From positions 1 to 56,940 of the forward strand of contig JAAOMT010000467.1 of assembly GCA_016748015.1 (NCBI GenBank): DNA of 56,940 bases, given 5' to 3'. The stretch comes from Geosiphon pyriformis uo1 (Eukaryota; Fungi; Glomeromycota). Below, piece after piece: positions 11,641-23,983 of the stretch. The stretch's first letter is position 1, and every line of letters begins with the position of its first letter. The notes beneath the pieces are model-generated. The model saw only the letters and a program-made list of their open reading frames with translations. It was not told where the DNA came from and searched no databases. Position numbers and translations under genes: made by a program.

Positions 11641-12144
11641 TTAATCATAAAATTTAAATATCTCATCTGAACTAACTCCCAGTTTTACAACTTTAACCTC
11701 GAAATTTGAAAACTCTTTTTCACTTTGAAAATATTTACGATACTCTTCTAATGGTAATTCTTCTCGATATTTCTCACACATTTTGATAATAAGCATTAAT
11801 TCATTGAAATTATATTCCGGACTTGGAACTGTATCAATATCTTCCTTTTTTTCTACCATCGTGTCATTAATTCGTATCCAGGAATTAGGAGCCAATACAG
11901 ATCCAAATTTTTGTTCCACTTTGTAAGGTTCGACTTCATGAGGTTGCATCGATGAAAATATTGGTAGAAATACCCCCAATTTTTGTGTGGGTTGTTCAAA
12001 GTTCTGGGTATGATTTCTTATCTCCAAATTGTTGTTTTGAAAATTAGAATAGTTTTGAATTTGCGTTGGCGTACAGTTTAAATCAACAGGGAAGAATAAA
12101 TCTTTGGGAAACGAGTCACAGCTATTAAAATTGTTTAAATACAT
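11641..12144 (-). CDS. Hypothetical protein, 167 aa, single exon
   Basis: ATG-initiated 504-nt ORF with higher GC than its flanks and normal amino-acid composition; no motif recognised. Confidence 0.55.
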   Translation of the reverse strand: MYLNNFNSCDSFPKDLFFPVDLNCTPTQIQNYSNFQNNNLEIRNHTQNFEQPTQKLGVFLPIFSSMQPHEVEPYKVEQKFGSVLAPNSWIRINDTMVEKKEDIDTVPSPEYNFNELMLIIKMCEKYREELPLEEYRKYFQSEKEFSNFEVKVVKLGVSSDEIFKFYD

Positions 12145-12984
12145 GTGTGCGGATGATTTTCTGCAACTGGAAAGTCATAGATATGTAGTGGATAATTAGA
12201 TTCTGCAAAATTTATAAATTTATGTGGTGAGTTTGGGTCTGTGTCTTAATACATTTGCATATTTTATACTAACTTGAATTAATCTACTTCAATTAAAATT
12301 TACCTAAAAGGTGATTCGAAACAAAATCCAATAAGAAAAAATGTCAAAAGTTTTTAATCTTTTTTTTTTTGAATACTTTTTCTGTGATACTTTTATGCAT
12401 CATTTTTAACGATGGATACCGATTAATTGATTCTATTTTAATTTTTAATATATATATATATAGCAATATTATAAATTTTAAAAACTATATTACATATAAT
12501 AATAAAATTTTGTTATTTAAAGACAATTTTGATACCCAAATAATTTCTAGTTTTACAGTTATCAAAAGTAAAATCTAACGATTTTTGAATAGTTATCACA
12601 CTTTATACTTTTGAATTTTTAATGGGAATTTCAGTAATGTATTATTGAAAAAAAAATCCTCATTACTTGTTCTTTGGAATGCTAAATCTTTGTGTACTAT
12701 TCAATTTCGTTGTGAATTTCCAAGTCCTGCTCTTGGCATTTCGCTTTTGTTACCGATAATTTGACTTTCATATTTAGTTATGAAATTATAATTTTCTTAA
12801 TACATCTATACCTAAGACTAAAAAATACACCTCAAGATAACTTTTCTTCAGAAACTGATGTCAACTGAATCCGTCAAATTAATCTTACCAGTAATACAAT
12901 ATTCTATCTTACACTTTGGGGGAATTGATCATCTTGAAAGTTATTCCAAGTAAATTTTGAAAAGTCCTCAAAATTACCAGGATT

Positions 12985-13782
12985 TCAAAGCTTAATCTGA
13001 CTATCAAACTTGAATATGCCTTCAGTTTGAATACCCAACTTTTTCCAGACACCCCAAGTTGAATCATAAGCCTCATGATACCAAATCGGCACATTCTCTT
13101 CGTATGCGTTTTCCCGATCTTTAAATATGGAGGAATACACTTGACAAACATCAAACTCTGGTTCAATACCATTGAAATAAAAGTATCCCAATGCCGCCGA
13201 CGAGGCAATTCCCTTTTCAAATGAATTGAGACTCTCTTGATTTTCGACAAGCTTATTCTCAATCGGATGAAATACTATTCCTGTTCCAAGAGATTCGTCT
13301 TGAATATGCAAGAAATTTGATGGTTTTTGTGTACTTTGTAAAGTATGAAGAATAAAAGAACTATTTTCTGGTGGAATGAAGGCACTCTTTGAGGGAGATG
13401 GATTCATATCGCTTAATATTTGATCACCATATTGATGGCCTCCTTTCATAGAGGAACCACCTATAAATTTCTGATAAAAATATAAGCGACGATTAAAAGG
13501 CTTTTTTTGCAATATTCTATTCAAAGTAAATTAAAAATTACTCTATATAATTATTTAATGTGTTCAAGAGTTAACAAAGAATGTGAATATTTTAGAACTT
13601 TAAGAAACCTTGGACTTACCTACCCTCTTTACTTGACTCGTAGAAACTTTAGTCGACGAGGACGAAGGTTGGTGACCGGTTGATACATTATCAAACTGAG
13701 AGAGATAATTTGTCGATAGAGATAATACTCGAGAGGTTCTCGACGAAAAAATTGGTCTGTTAGAGGTTCTGTAACTAGTCAT
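12985..13782 (-). CDS. Hypothetical 2-exon gene (13782..13620, 13460..12985), ~212 aa; possibly truncated by a premature stop
   Basis: The Ser/Thr-rich exon MTSYRTSNRP... ends in G|GTAAGT, and the phase-1 acceptor ATAG| at 13461 restores the frame of the 12985..13524 ORF. Coding-like sequence continues in frame after the TGA (NPGNFEDFSKFTWNNFQDDQFPQSVR). Confidence 0.5.
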
Positions 13783-14106
13783 TTTCTGCAAGCAATGTGG
13801 TTGTTTACTCAAACCAAAACATTCTCTTTAAAGATCAAATGATGAGTGATTCATGCAAGTATATTAGTAAAAAGATTCTTTTCATAATTATCAATTTAGA
13901 AAATATATATAATCATTCACAAGATACTCTGAAAAAAAAAATGCCTTAAATTGAAATTTATTTGCTTTCTAAAAATGATTGGCGAATCAAATTGTGTGTG
14001 ATCAAATTAAATAACAAAAAACAAGTTTTAAACCTGCATGTATTTAACTTGTTATTCAATTTCCCCAATAAATGAGTCCAGCTCACATTATTTTGGATTT
14101 CTAAAA

Positions 14107-15636
14107 ATGGAAAACAATTTGTTGTTATCTCTTGTCGCGGACCTAACATCAGCTTTGCAAAACTCAAATCATCATGATGTTGAAATTGAAATTGGTGAAC
14201 AACCAACTATAAAAATTTTCAAAGCTCATTCTATAATTCTTGCTGCCAGATGCCCATATTTCTCTGCGGCTCTCTCAAAATTTTGGGTCAAAAGAGAATC
14301 AAAAATCATTACAATGACGAAACCGAATATCAAACCAGAAATTTTCGAGGAAATTATCAAGTAATTTTTATACTTTGATATTTTATCTCGTGGGTTTTAA
14401 TAAATTTCCCCAATCTCAATATTAAATGTGTGAATATCTTCAATATTTTATGAATCCATCCCAAAAAGATATATATACACTGCAAAAATTTCCATACAAT
14501 ATTTAGAAGTGGAGTGTGTTATAGATATTTTGATGGCTGCTGACGAGCTTTTACTCGATGAATTGGCTGTCTACCTGCAAACGTACATGGTTACTCATCG
14601 ATCTGAAGATTTAAACCAAAAATTTAATTTGGTTAACCAGGTTGCTTTCAGCGTTGGCTCACTAGATATTCTGCAGAAATATTGCACAGATTTTGCTTGT
14701 AAAAACTCTGAGCTATTGTTTGAGTCTATCGAGTTTTATTCTTGGAAAGAAGCCGCTCTGATTTCGCTTCTCAAGCGTGATGATCTAAGAATGGAAGAAT
14801 CATACATATGGGATAAAGTTGTATCCTGGGCTATTGAAAATGCAGGTTTATTAAAAAATTTTAAGGATTGGTCTCCAGAGGATATTCAAAAATTGCAAAT
14901 CACTTTATGCAACGTTATTCCCTTGATCCGATTTAACCTGATGTCTTCTTCCGAGTTTTTCTTCAATGTGAATCCAATTTCTTTAGCTTTGCCTCAAAAT
15001 TTATTCCAAGAACTGCTAGAATTTTACCTGGTGCCAGGATCTGAAAAACTTTTTACATCACCGCCACGTCAAAGAAAATTTAATTCGAAATTTGATTCAA
15101 AAATTATTAACGAAATACAAACATGTTGGATTGAATGGTGGATTAGCGGCAGCAATGAAACATCAAAGATGCCAAAAAAGGAAAATAAGTTCAACAAAAA
15201 ATTCGAACTTCTTCTTCGTGGCTCTCAAGATGGCTTTAACACGAGCGATTTTCATCGTTTATGTGATAATCAAGGTCCAACGGTTATCGTGATCAAAATT
15301 AAGGGAACTAATGAAATCATTGGTGGTTATGCTTCTGCTGATTGGAAATCAAACAACCAATTTGGATTTGCCAAGGATTCGTTCCTGTTTGCTTTTAGAA
15401 TCAATGATGATCAAAAAATTATCCTGAGTCGACTGAAATTGGATTCACGGCTGGCACTTGGTTTTGATCGAACTAATTGCCCATGGTTTGGAAGTCCTGG
15501 TGATTTGAAAATGGCAGGAAATTTTCAATTAGATTGTGCGTGCTATTGCAGAAGGGGTGCATATGAACTTGAAATTAGATCAACTACCGCATGTTTTTCT
15601 GTTGATGAATATGAAGTATTTAAAGTATTATCGTGA
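14107..15636 (+). CDS. BTB/POZ-BACK-TLDc domain protein, 2 exons (14107..14360, 14469..15636), 473 aa
   Basis: DVEIEIGE..FKAHSIILAARCPYFSAALS; GT-AG phase-2 intron 14361..14468 before YIYT; LLKRDDLRMEESYIW; LLLRGSQDGF, FHRLCDNQGPT, IIGGY, FSVDEYEVF. Confidence 0.92.
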
Positions 15637-15899
15637 AAAACATTGGATAGAAACATTAGTTTGGAATTTTTACATCCGAAATATCTTATTTAGATGACTA
15701 CTTTTTTTTTACCCTTTATGATTTTGAACACTCAAGATATTATCGAATACTTAATTTTTATAAAATTTTCCAAAAGTTAATTCAAGCAATCGGCTAAATT
15801 TTTACTTGTAAAATGACCGATTTCAGTCTGAAATATGTGAAATTTTCCCTTATCTAACTAATAAAATTCAGATAATTAAGAAATAAACCATATTTAATT

Positions 15900-18800
15900 A
15901 TGTATTTAAGCAGCTATATTATTGATTTTATAAACTATTGTTAAAGGTTTAACACTCTCAATATATCTATTTCTTTTATAACAATAACTTTACGAAATAT
16001 GAAAATTTTTCAAAAGAGAAATTAATCATTAAAATATTAAAGAAGAAAAAGGTTTTTAATTGCACATAGATTTAAAATTCTGAATTGACAAGAACCACAT
16101 TTTATGATTAGATTTTTATTAGATTTTATTTTCACTGATAAACAATAATAAATTAAACTGAAACATCAAAATTACAATAAGTTATAAACAAATATTAATG
16201 ATAATGAATGGACTAATTTTTTTAACTTAGCACAATTAATCTAATATGAAATAAAATGTTTTCTTGAATGTAGTTCTTTTACAATCTACTTTATACATTC
16301 AATAATAAACATAAATTACATGCTTTTTATATATAGCTAGTCATCTAAATTAGTTAAAATTATATTATACTAAAACATCAGTATTTACAATCATATTACT
16401 TATATATTCCTTAACTTTACAGACACTAACAACTTTTTTTTATCATACTAATAAACAGTAAAACTATTAAAATCTACAAAATATTCAGCCAATAATTAAG
16501 TTAATATATTTAATAAAACACATATGTGCTTTAACTTTAAATAAAATTGTTTAATCATTTTTTAATTTACTTGTTTAAAAAACTTTAAAATTAATTAGTT
16601 TTTAAATATATGTTTTCTAATTATAATTAAAGCAAAAAATAAAAAAGACGGATTGATAAAGAAGCTCATACCCCCGAAGAAATTCAAAAATTTTTAGCTG
16701 ATATTCCCACTCAAAGAAATAACAATTACTTTAAAAAAAATAACAACCCAAAAAGATTTTTCAATAATAAAAACAACTAAAAAAATTATTGTAAAAGTAT
16801 TTTCTTAAATATTTTAATTGCAAACCAATTTTTGACTGTTTTAGTAATATTTTTTTTAGTTAATAATATTTTTTAGCCAAAATATTATTAATTATACACA
16901 CTAAAAGTAGATTTAATGTTGTTATAATTATTGTAAAAAATTCTAAAATTTTAACAATAAATTATTAATTAAGTTACTGTTACTTTTATTATTATTTTAA
17001 GTAATTTTAAAAAACCTGAAAAGCACAAAAGGTAATAAAAAGACCAGTTTAAAATTTACAAGTTAAGAAATTTATGATTAAACAATCAGCTCAAAATATT
17101 ACAAACTTTAAAAAAACTCAATATAAATGCCAATTTGTATTTGTTTAAAAGTTTTTAGATCATATAAAAAAAAAATGATAGATTACATTATTAAAAAAAT
17201 TTAAAAACAAACCAAATTTTAATTTCAAGCTTTTTTAAATTAAAGTATCTTACTTATTATATACAATATTAAAAATAAAATCAAACTAAATTCTATAATT
17301 AATAATAAAATAAAATATTACCAAGACCAAATACAGAAATTGCTTATCAAAAATAGTTTTTTTTAATATTTTACTTGCAAAAAATTTAATATTTATATAA
17401 ATTTTTATTAATTTAAGCTTAGATAAATTTTTTAGTAATAGAATAATATTATAAATTAATTATTAAAATATAATTTATTTTAAATAATATCTTATAATTA
17501 TATAGTTTAAATATAAAATTTTTTATACTATGTAAATTAATAAGCAATAAAGTAGTAATAATAATAATAATAATAATAATATATATAATAACAGAAAAAA
17601 ATTATTAATTATTAATAAAATTTATGTTTTTGTTTAATAATTTTATTTTTATTATTTATTTTGTTTAAATAATTTTTGATAAATTTAATTATAGATGTTT
17701 TTTTTTATTTTTTTATTTGTGAATTATATTATTTGAATTAATTAATTTTTTTATAAGTAGATAATTTTATAATATTTAAAATTAATTATAATATTTATTA
17801 AATTTATTATAAAAAGTACTTTTATATTTAAATAATATTTTAAAAAAACTAATAAAAAATTTATTTAATAAAATAATCTATATTTAAATTTAAATAAATT
17901 AATTAAAAATAAATTATTATTATTTAAAAAAATATAAATATTAAAATTATATAAAATATTTATTGTTTTTTTTTGTTTTATATTTAAGTTAAGATATTAC
18001 ACCAAAAATATTTAAAATTAATTAATGTTTTAAATTATGTTATTATTATTAATATTAATATTAAGTTAAGCTTTTTAGTAAGTTTAATATATATTTATGT
18101 TTTTTTTATATTATTATTAATTTGTTGTTATAATTCTTAAAATTATAAATTAGCTAGTTATTTAATACTATTAATTATTATTATGCTTATTATTAGATTT
18201 AATAGTATTTTATAATAATTTTTAAAAGCTTTAAAAAATTTTATAAACAGTTTTTAAGTAAAATATATTTTTAATTTTTCTTATAAAGTTTTTTAATTGC
18301 TGTATTATTGTTTTATTAAATATTTTAGTTAGATTTTTTAAGTATAATATTTATATATTTAAGTTAATAATAATAATAATTAATTAAAAATAAAATTTTC
18401 AAGTTTTTAAACATAATTAATATTAAATTTATATTTATTTATTTTATTATTAATCTATTATTTAATGCTATTTTTAAATTTTTATTAATAAATTTGTTAT
18501 TGTATTTGAAAGTAATTATATATGATTTAAAACTATATTTTTTTTACTTTAAAGTTTTTTATTATTCTTTTTTTATTTAAATTTAATATAATAGATTAAG
18601 TTAAATAATCTAAATTAAATATATTTTATGTATTTTTTATATATAATTAAATATAAATTTACTATTGTTAAGATGAATTTATAATGTTGTTTTGGTTGGC
18701 TTAAGTAACTAGTCATATATAGAAAAATGTATAATTCACACTTAGTTTAGATTACTTAATTTAATATATTATATTAAAAAAAATATGAATTTAATTTAAA

Positions 18801-21800
18801 TTAAATTATATTAAGTTTATAAAAAAAATTTATTTTAAAAAAACATTTTATATATAATTGTAATTAATATATTATTGTTAATAATAATACTATTTATTTA
18901 TTTAGTAGTTTTATTTATATTTAACTTAATATTAGCAAATTAATACTTTTAAAAAGTTATTTATTAAGTATAGATATTTTTTTTTTTTTTTATTAAAGTT
19001 TAATGAGTAAAGTCCAAATGTTACCTAGTACTATATATCATTCAAATGATCTAAACTAGGTGCGAATCATGCCTTTGCTACACGTGACCAGACACTTAGA
19101 CTAGTCAGAACAACACTATACACTTATATAAACAGAAGCCATATTACTAACACCTGCATAAAACAAACAACACTTACGATATTCAAAACTGATGCCAAGT
19201 GCATCAGCAACTCCTAACAACCTAACCACTCCAGCTGAAAGTCATGCAGAAAAACCAGAAACAATAACAGGAATGGAACCATTACGTGGAATCAACTTAT
19301 TCTTCTCCATAATGGCCCGGTGTTTCATATGGACCAGCCAGATATTATCACGAAATGCAAGACAAAATTCACGTACAAAATTTACAATATTAACCACTGC
19401 CACCTTAGGATCCTTGTAAACAGAAACAGACTTGTGATACCAATCACCAAAAACAAAGTCCTTACACAAGGCCGTACTGACAGTCATGTTTGAAATGCAA
19501 GTTAACAACAATTGTAATATGCACGAAAAAGAATGAAACAGACCAGAATACACTAGATATTTTTATTTAAAAATATTATTAAAACTATTTATATAATTAA
19601 TTTTATTATTAACTAATTTTTTGCTAATATTATTTAAAGTTTTATTAAAAATAAATATTTTATTTTGAATTATAGCAACTATATTGTTTAATTTTTTATG
19701 TAAAGCAAAAAAAATATTTAACAAAATAATTATTAAAGTAACTAATTTACTAATTAATTTAATAGTAAACTTAATTATTAAAGCCAAAACATTCTACCTA
19801 AATTCCAAAAAAACCAAGCAAAAACCAATTAGAAAATCATTAATAACAATAATAGCAATAGGTAAAAATCTAATAATAAATAAATTTAAAAAAACAAAAA
19901 CAAAAGCTATAATATAAAATTTAGTTTCAACAAAATCTAAAATTTTTAAGAAAAGCACTAAATTAAAAAATAAAGTTAAGAGAAAAAAAACAACAATATT
20001 TTATAATTTAAAGTCAAATATTTTGACATTTAAAACACCACTAACATTTAAATGTTTTTTATCAAATACAATATTTTTTTAAAATATTAGTTTTAATATA
20101 ATAATATTCAAATTATTTTTAAAACAAAAAGTAATAATTACATATTAAAACTGTTTAGTGAAATTGAAAAAATAAAAAATAAAACAAATATAATTACCAA
20201 TTTGAAAAACCAGCTTGTTAATTTTAAAACCTAAACAGTTAAAAAATAATTAATTAATTTGGTCTTAAATATATTATAAAAAAAATAGTTTTTTTTAATT
20301 TATAAAATAAAATTTTTTAATATTGTCTTTGCTTATTAATATATTAAAGCAACTGTAACTATAATATAAAATTTAAAATATATAATAATATGTTATTAAA
20401 TGCCAGCTGATTAAAAAAAAACTTCAAATATTTTATTATAAATATTAAAAATTGTTTTAATATTAGTTGTAAATATATTTAAAAACATATTAAACAGAAC
20501 AATAACAATAAAAAAAGAAAGAAATTTAGATATTATTATAAATTTAGTAATCTTAAAAATAGAAAAAAAACAGAACTTTTAGCTTAAAATACAGTATTTA
20601 AAAAAACTTGAAAAACAAACTCTATATAAAAAAGCTTCATATTGTTTTTAAACAAAAACTTAGCATTAATAAATTTTAGACTAAAAAACAGTCTTAATAA
20701 AAGCTAATTTAATTTTAAAATAAACATTAAGCATTAAAGTAGTAGTTACTTATTTAGTAAATCTTTGATAATTAATAATTGTTTTTTAAATATTATTAAA
20801 AACAGCATTAAAAAACAAAAAAAAAGTAGTTAATTTAGTTTTTTTCTAGTTGGCTTAATTTTTAAGATTAAGTTATCTAATAAACTAATTTATTAAAGAT
20901 ATATTCAAAAACATATTTTGTTTTGTTTTAGAATTACAACAAATTTTTCAAATTAGTTTAAACAATTACAATTATATTTTTTAAAATATATTAAAAACAA
21001 TTAAATTTGGCAAAAACATTTAATTGCTATTTTTAATAATTTTATTTCTAAAAGTTTTAAAAAATTGGAAATAATGTTTTTTAATTTTTTATTTAAATTA
21101 CTGTATAAAATAACTGGATAACTCTGTATTTTTAATTTTGCAAAATTATTGAACATTAATTCTCACAAACAATTTACACTTTTATTAAAACTGTATTTAT
21201 ATTAAAAAATTTTAACCAATTTATTAGTAAATATACAAAATATTATTAACCAGTTCTTAATTAATGAAGAAAAAATTTAACAAATATTCTTAATTTTATT
21301 ACTTGTTTTTGTTAAAAAATCTGATTTTGTGCTATTTACCAAAAAAATTGATACTATGTTTAAAAAATTAAAATTTAGCTAACAGTATAATAATTATAAA
21401 TTCAATATTAGGTTTTTTGAATTAACTAATTTATTAACAATTTATAAATGTTGTTAATACTAAACTGCTATAAAAATTAGTAAGAGTTTATTTGAATAAT
21501 ATCAATATTTCTTTGAATTTTATCTTTAATATTTTAAAAATTATAAAAGTAAAATTTAAACTTAATATTGAAAAATATTTATTTTAATAAAAAAATTTTG
21601 ACAGATTTTGATTATAAGATAAAATCAAACCAAAATTTAAAAATATATTACATTTCAGTTTCCTAAATCACAATTGAACTTAAATTTAACTTTTTATTTT
21701 AATAAAATGTGTATATATATATTGGCAATTTGGAAAAAATAATTTAAATACAGTCATTTACATTAAAAATTTTACTTTAATTAAAAAATATATTATAACA

Positions 21801-22780
21801 ACAATTGTTTTTAACAATCAACAATATCAAAATTAAAAAACTAATTTAACGCATAATAATAAGTTTAAATACTATTACCAAAAATTCATTTTAAACTTTT
21901 GATTTTTTAAATTAGTACACAATTTTCTCAAAATATTTTACAAGACTTTGAATTAATACTTTAGAATTAAGAAAAATCTTCTTAAAAACAACAAAAACAG
22001 TAATAAAAATATTTTTTTTGCTTTTTAACATAATTATTCCAAAAATTAATGACAACTTTGAAAACAAATTTTGAATTTTTTATTACAATTAGTGAAATTT
22101 AAAATAAATATGATTAGAAAAAAGATGGTTTTTTTAGGCTACATTTACTGGTACTTTTTAAAAAAAAATTACAATGTTCACATTTCTAAAAATGTAATAA
22201 TTTAACAAAAACTTCAAAAGTGTTTTGATAAGTAAACAGCAATTGTATTTCATTTTATATATTTTTTTACATTATAAAATCAAACAAATAGATACTGGAA
22301 CTTCAAGCAACAAATCTTGCTCTAAAAGTTGTTAAAAGACAAATTTATAAAAAATTCAAGACTTTAGCTAAACCAAACTAATGCCTACTGCAAAACTCTT
22401 TGACCTAACACATTGGAAACTTTACGGAACTAAAATTTTAAACAATTTTCAACAAATTAAGTCTAAAAATTACAAACAATATTTTGACTTTAACAGAACT
22501 TAATCTTAAAAAAAATTATGTTATCAATCGAGATTTAAATCATAAATTAACATACTTCTAATTACTAGCTTAGCATTAAATAATTTTTTTTTTTAAATTA
22601 TTAGTTAGTTAAAATAATTATTATTTTAAAAATTTCTTGCAAAACAATTTGATTCCATTCAACATTGGTTACTTAAGTCACTAGTGAATAAACACTGTTA
22701 TATTCAAAATAAATAAAGTATCTTTGTTTTAAATAATTTATTTAATTTAACATTGAATGTTCAAGGTTTTAATATTATTC
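15900..22780. repeat. Extremely AT-rich tract of decayed, probably transposon-derived DNA
   Basis: About 7 kb with no credible intact ORF and very few CG dinucleotides. It contains a LINE-like 3' end and a segment also found inverted near 53800. Boundaries are approximate. Confidence 0.6.
18977..19560 (-). mobile_element. 3' end of a non-LTR (LINE-like) retrotransposon with poly(A) tail, 5'-truncated or decayed
   Basis: The - strand frame LCKDFVFGDW...FVREFCLAFRDNIWLVHMKHRAIMEK...FSA*LSAGVVRLLGVADALG...VYISV stops at 19118..19116, with one internal TGA at 19244..19242. About 125 nt of 3' UTR follow, then A15 (T-run 18977..18991). IW..(R)..HR resembles the post-zinc-finger C-terminus of LINE ORF2. 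No RT domain seen. Confidence 0.65.
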
Positions 22781-22793
22781 TATAAAAAGTTTT

Positions 22794-23051
22794 TCTTTAA
22801 TTTAATCTAATTTAATTTTTTCATAAATTTAGTTAATTTTGCTTAATTATTAAACTTAAATTATTTTTTAGCTTATACTTATCAAGTTTTTGGTTTTGGA
22901 TAGCATATTTTTAAGTTGATTCTTTAATTTAATCTAATTTAATTTAATTTTTCATAAATTTAGTTAATTTTGCTTAATTATTAAACTTAAATTATTTTTT
23001 AGCTTATACTTATCAAGTTTTTGGTTTTGGATAGCATATTTTTAAGTTGAT
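22794..23051. repeat. Near-perfect tandem duplication, ~127-131 bp unit, covering the HMG gene stop codon and 3' UTR
   Basis: 22794..22920 and 22921..23051 both read tctttaatttaatctaatttaa...ggttttggatagcatatttttaagttgat. Confidence 0.92.
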
Positions 23052-23983
23052 TGATCATTTAAACACGAAAAGAAGGAATCTATTTGAGGGGTGGTCATTT
23101 CCAAAAATTGTTCGTGCTCTTGATAGGGAAGAATATAGTGTTCATATGGGTTTTGTATATGTTGTAAATTTATTTTTTCAGGAATCAAAAATTGGTTTGA
23201 GTCCCACGAATCATTTGTGTTATTTAAATTTATAGATTGTTGTAACTCCATTGAAAAATCATGTTCATAAAGTATTAATGAATTCAGGGAAAAGGTATCA
23301 AAATCAGAATAAGTAAAATCATTTGTTCCTTGCAAGTACGGTATTAATATTTGAGTGGTGCTAGTATTAATTAGGTCAGAATGGCTTTCTGAGGCGTCCA
23401 AACAAAAATTTGAAGAGTCATGCGAGATATTCAGCCGATCATCCGAAATTGTATTCAAATAACAAAAATTATCCAAAATAGGTTGTTTTAATGTTGTCTG
23501 AATGAGGGATAGACTCTCTTTCCTTTTATACTCATTTTTCTTAAGATTCATATGTTTTAATGGTAGATTTTTACGCTTTTTTACATGGTATGGAATCCAA
23601 GAATGCTCAACAAATTCTAGGGATTTCATTCGAGCCTCGGTTATCAATTTTGCATTTTGCCGAGCTAATTTTTTATAACAGTCTTTAACTTCTTTAGGCT
23701 CTCGCCTCCACGCTTCCGCAACCTTAGATGAAATTTGGGTCATGCTAGGCTTCAACCCACGTTTTTTTATTTCCTTTATATACTCAAGACGATATATGAT
23801 GAAACTATTTGAGGGTTTTTTCTTTTTTATAGCCATTTTTCGTAATTTTTCCGTAGTAATCTCAGAAGGTAAAGGAAATTTGATTCCAAAATCTTGAAAT
23901 TTATCCGAGCTTGAAACATTTCGAGGGGTTAAAGAGTTTTGAATTGGAGTTTCTTTAATATTTGGAATCCCAAGGTTTGACAT
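23042..23983 (-). CDS. MATA-type HMG-box transcription factor, single exon, 313 aa
   Basis: KKPSNSFIIYR...SMTQISSKVAEAWRREPKEVKDCYKKLA is a sequence-specific HMG box (PxNxFxxYR, IS, W, Y), followed by a basic patch and an acidic low-complexity C-terminus. Confidence 0.9.
   Translation of the reverse strand: MSNLGIPNIKETPIQNSLTPRNVSSSDKFQDFGIKFPLPSEITTEKLRKMAIKKKKPSNSFIIYRLEYIKEIKKRGLKPSMTQISSKVAEAWRREPKEVKDCYKKLARQNAKLITEARMKSLEFVEHSWIPYHVKKRKNLPLKHMNLKKNEYKRKESLSLIQTTLKQPILDNFCYLNTISDDRLNISHDSSNFCLDASESHSDLINTSTTQILIPYLQGTNDFTYSDFDTFSLNSLILYEHDFSMELQQSINLNNTNDSWDSNQFLIPEKINLQHIQNPYEHYILPYQEHEQFLEMTTPQIDSFFSCLNDQST

Noticed and set aside
19563-19917. Ile/Lys/Asn-rich ORFs on both strands
   Set aside because: Composition reflects extreme AT content; at most eroded TE coding sequence.
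23042-23983. Mating-type locus
   Set aside because: MATA-HMG genes are highly multi-copy in Glomeromycotina, and no homeodomain pair or Mucorales-type flanking genes (TPT, RNA helicase) are present.
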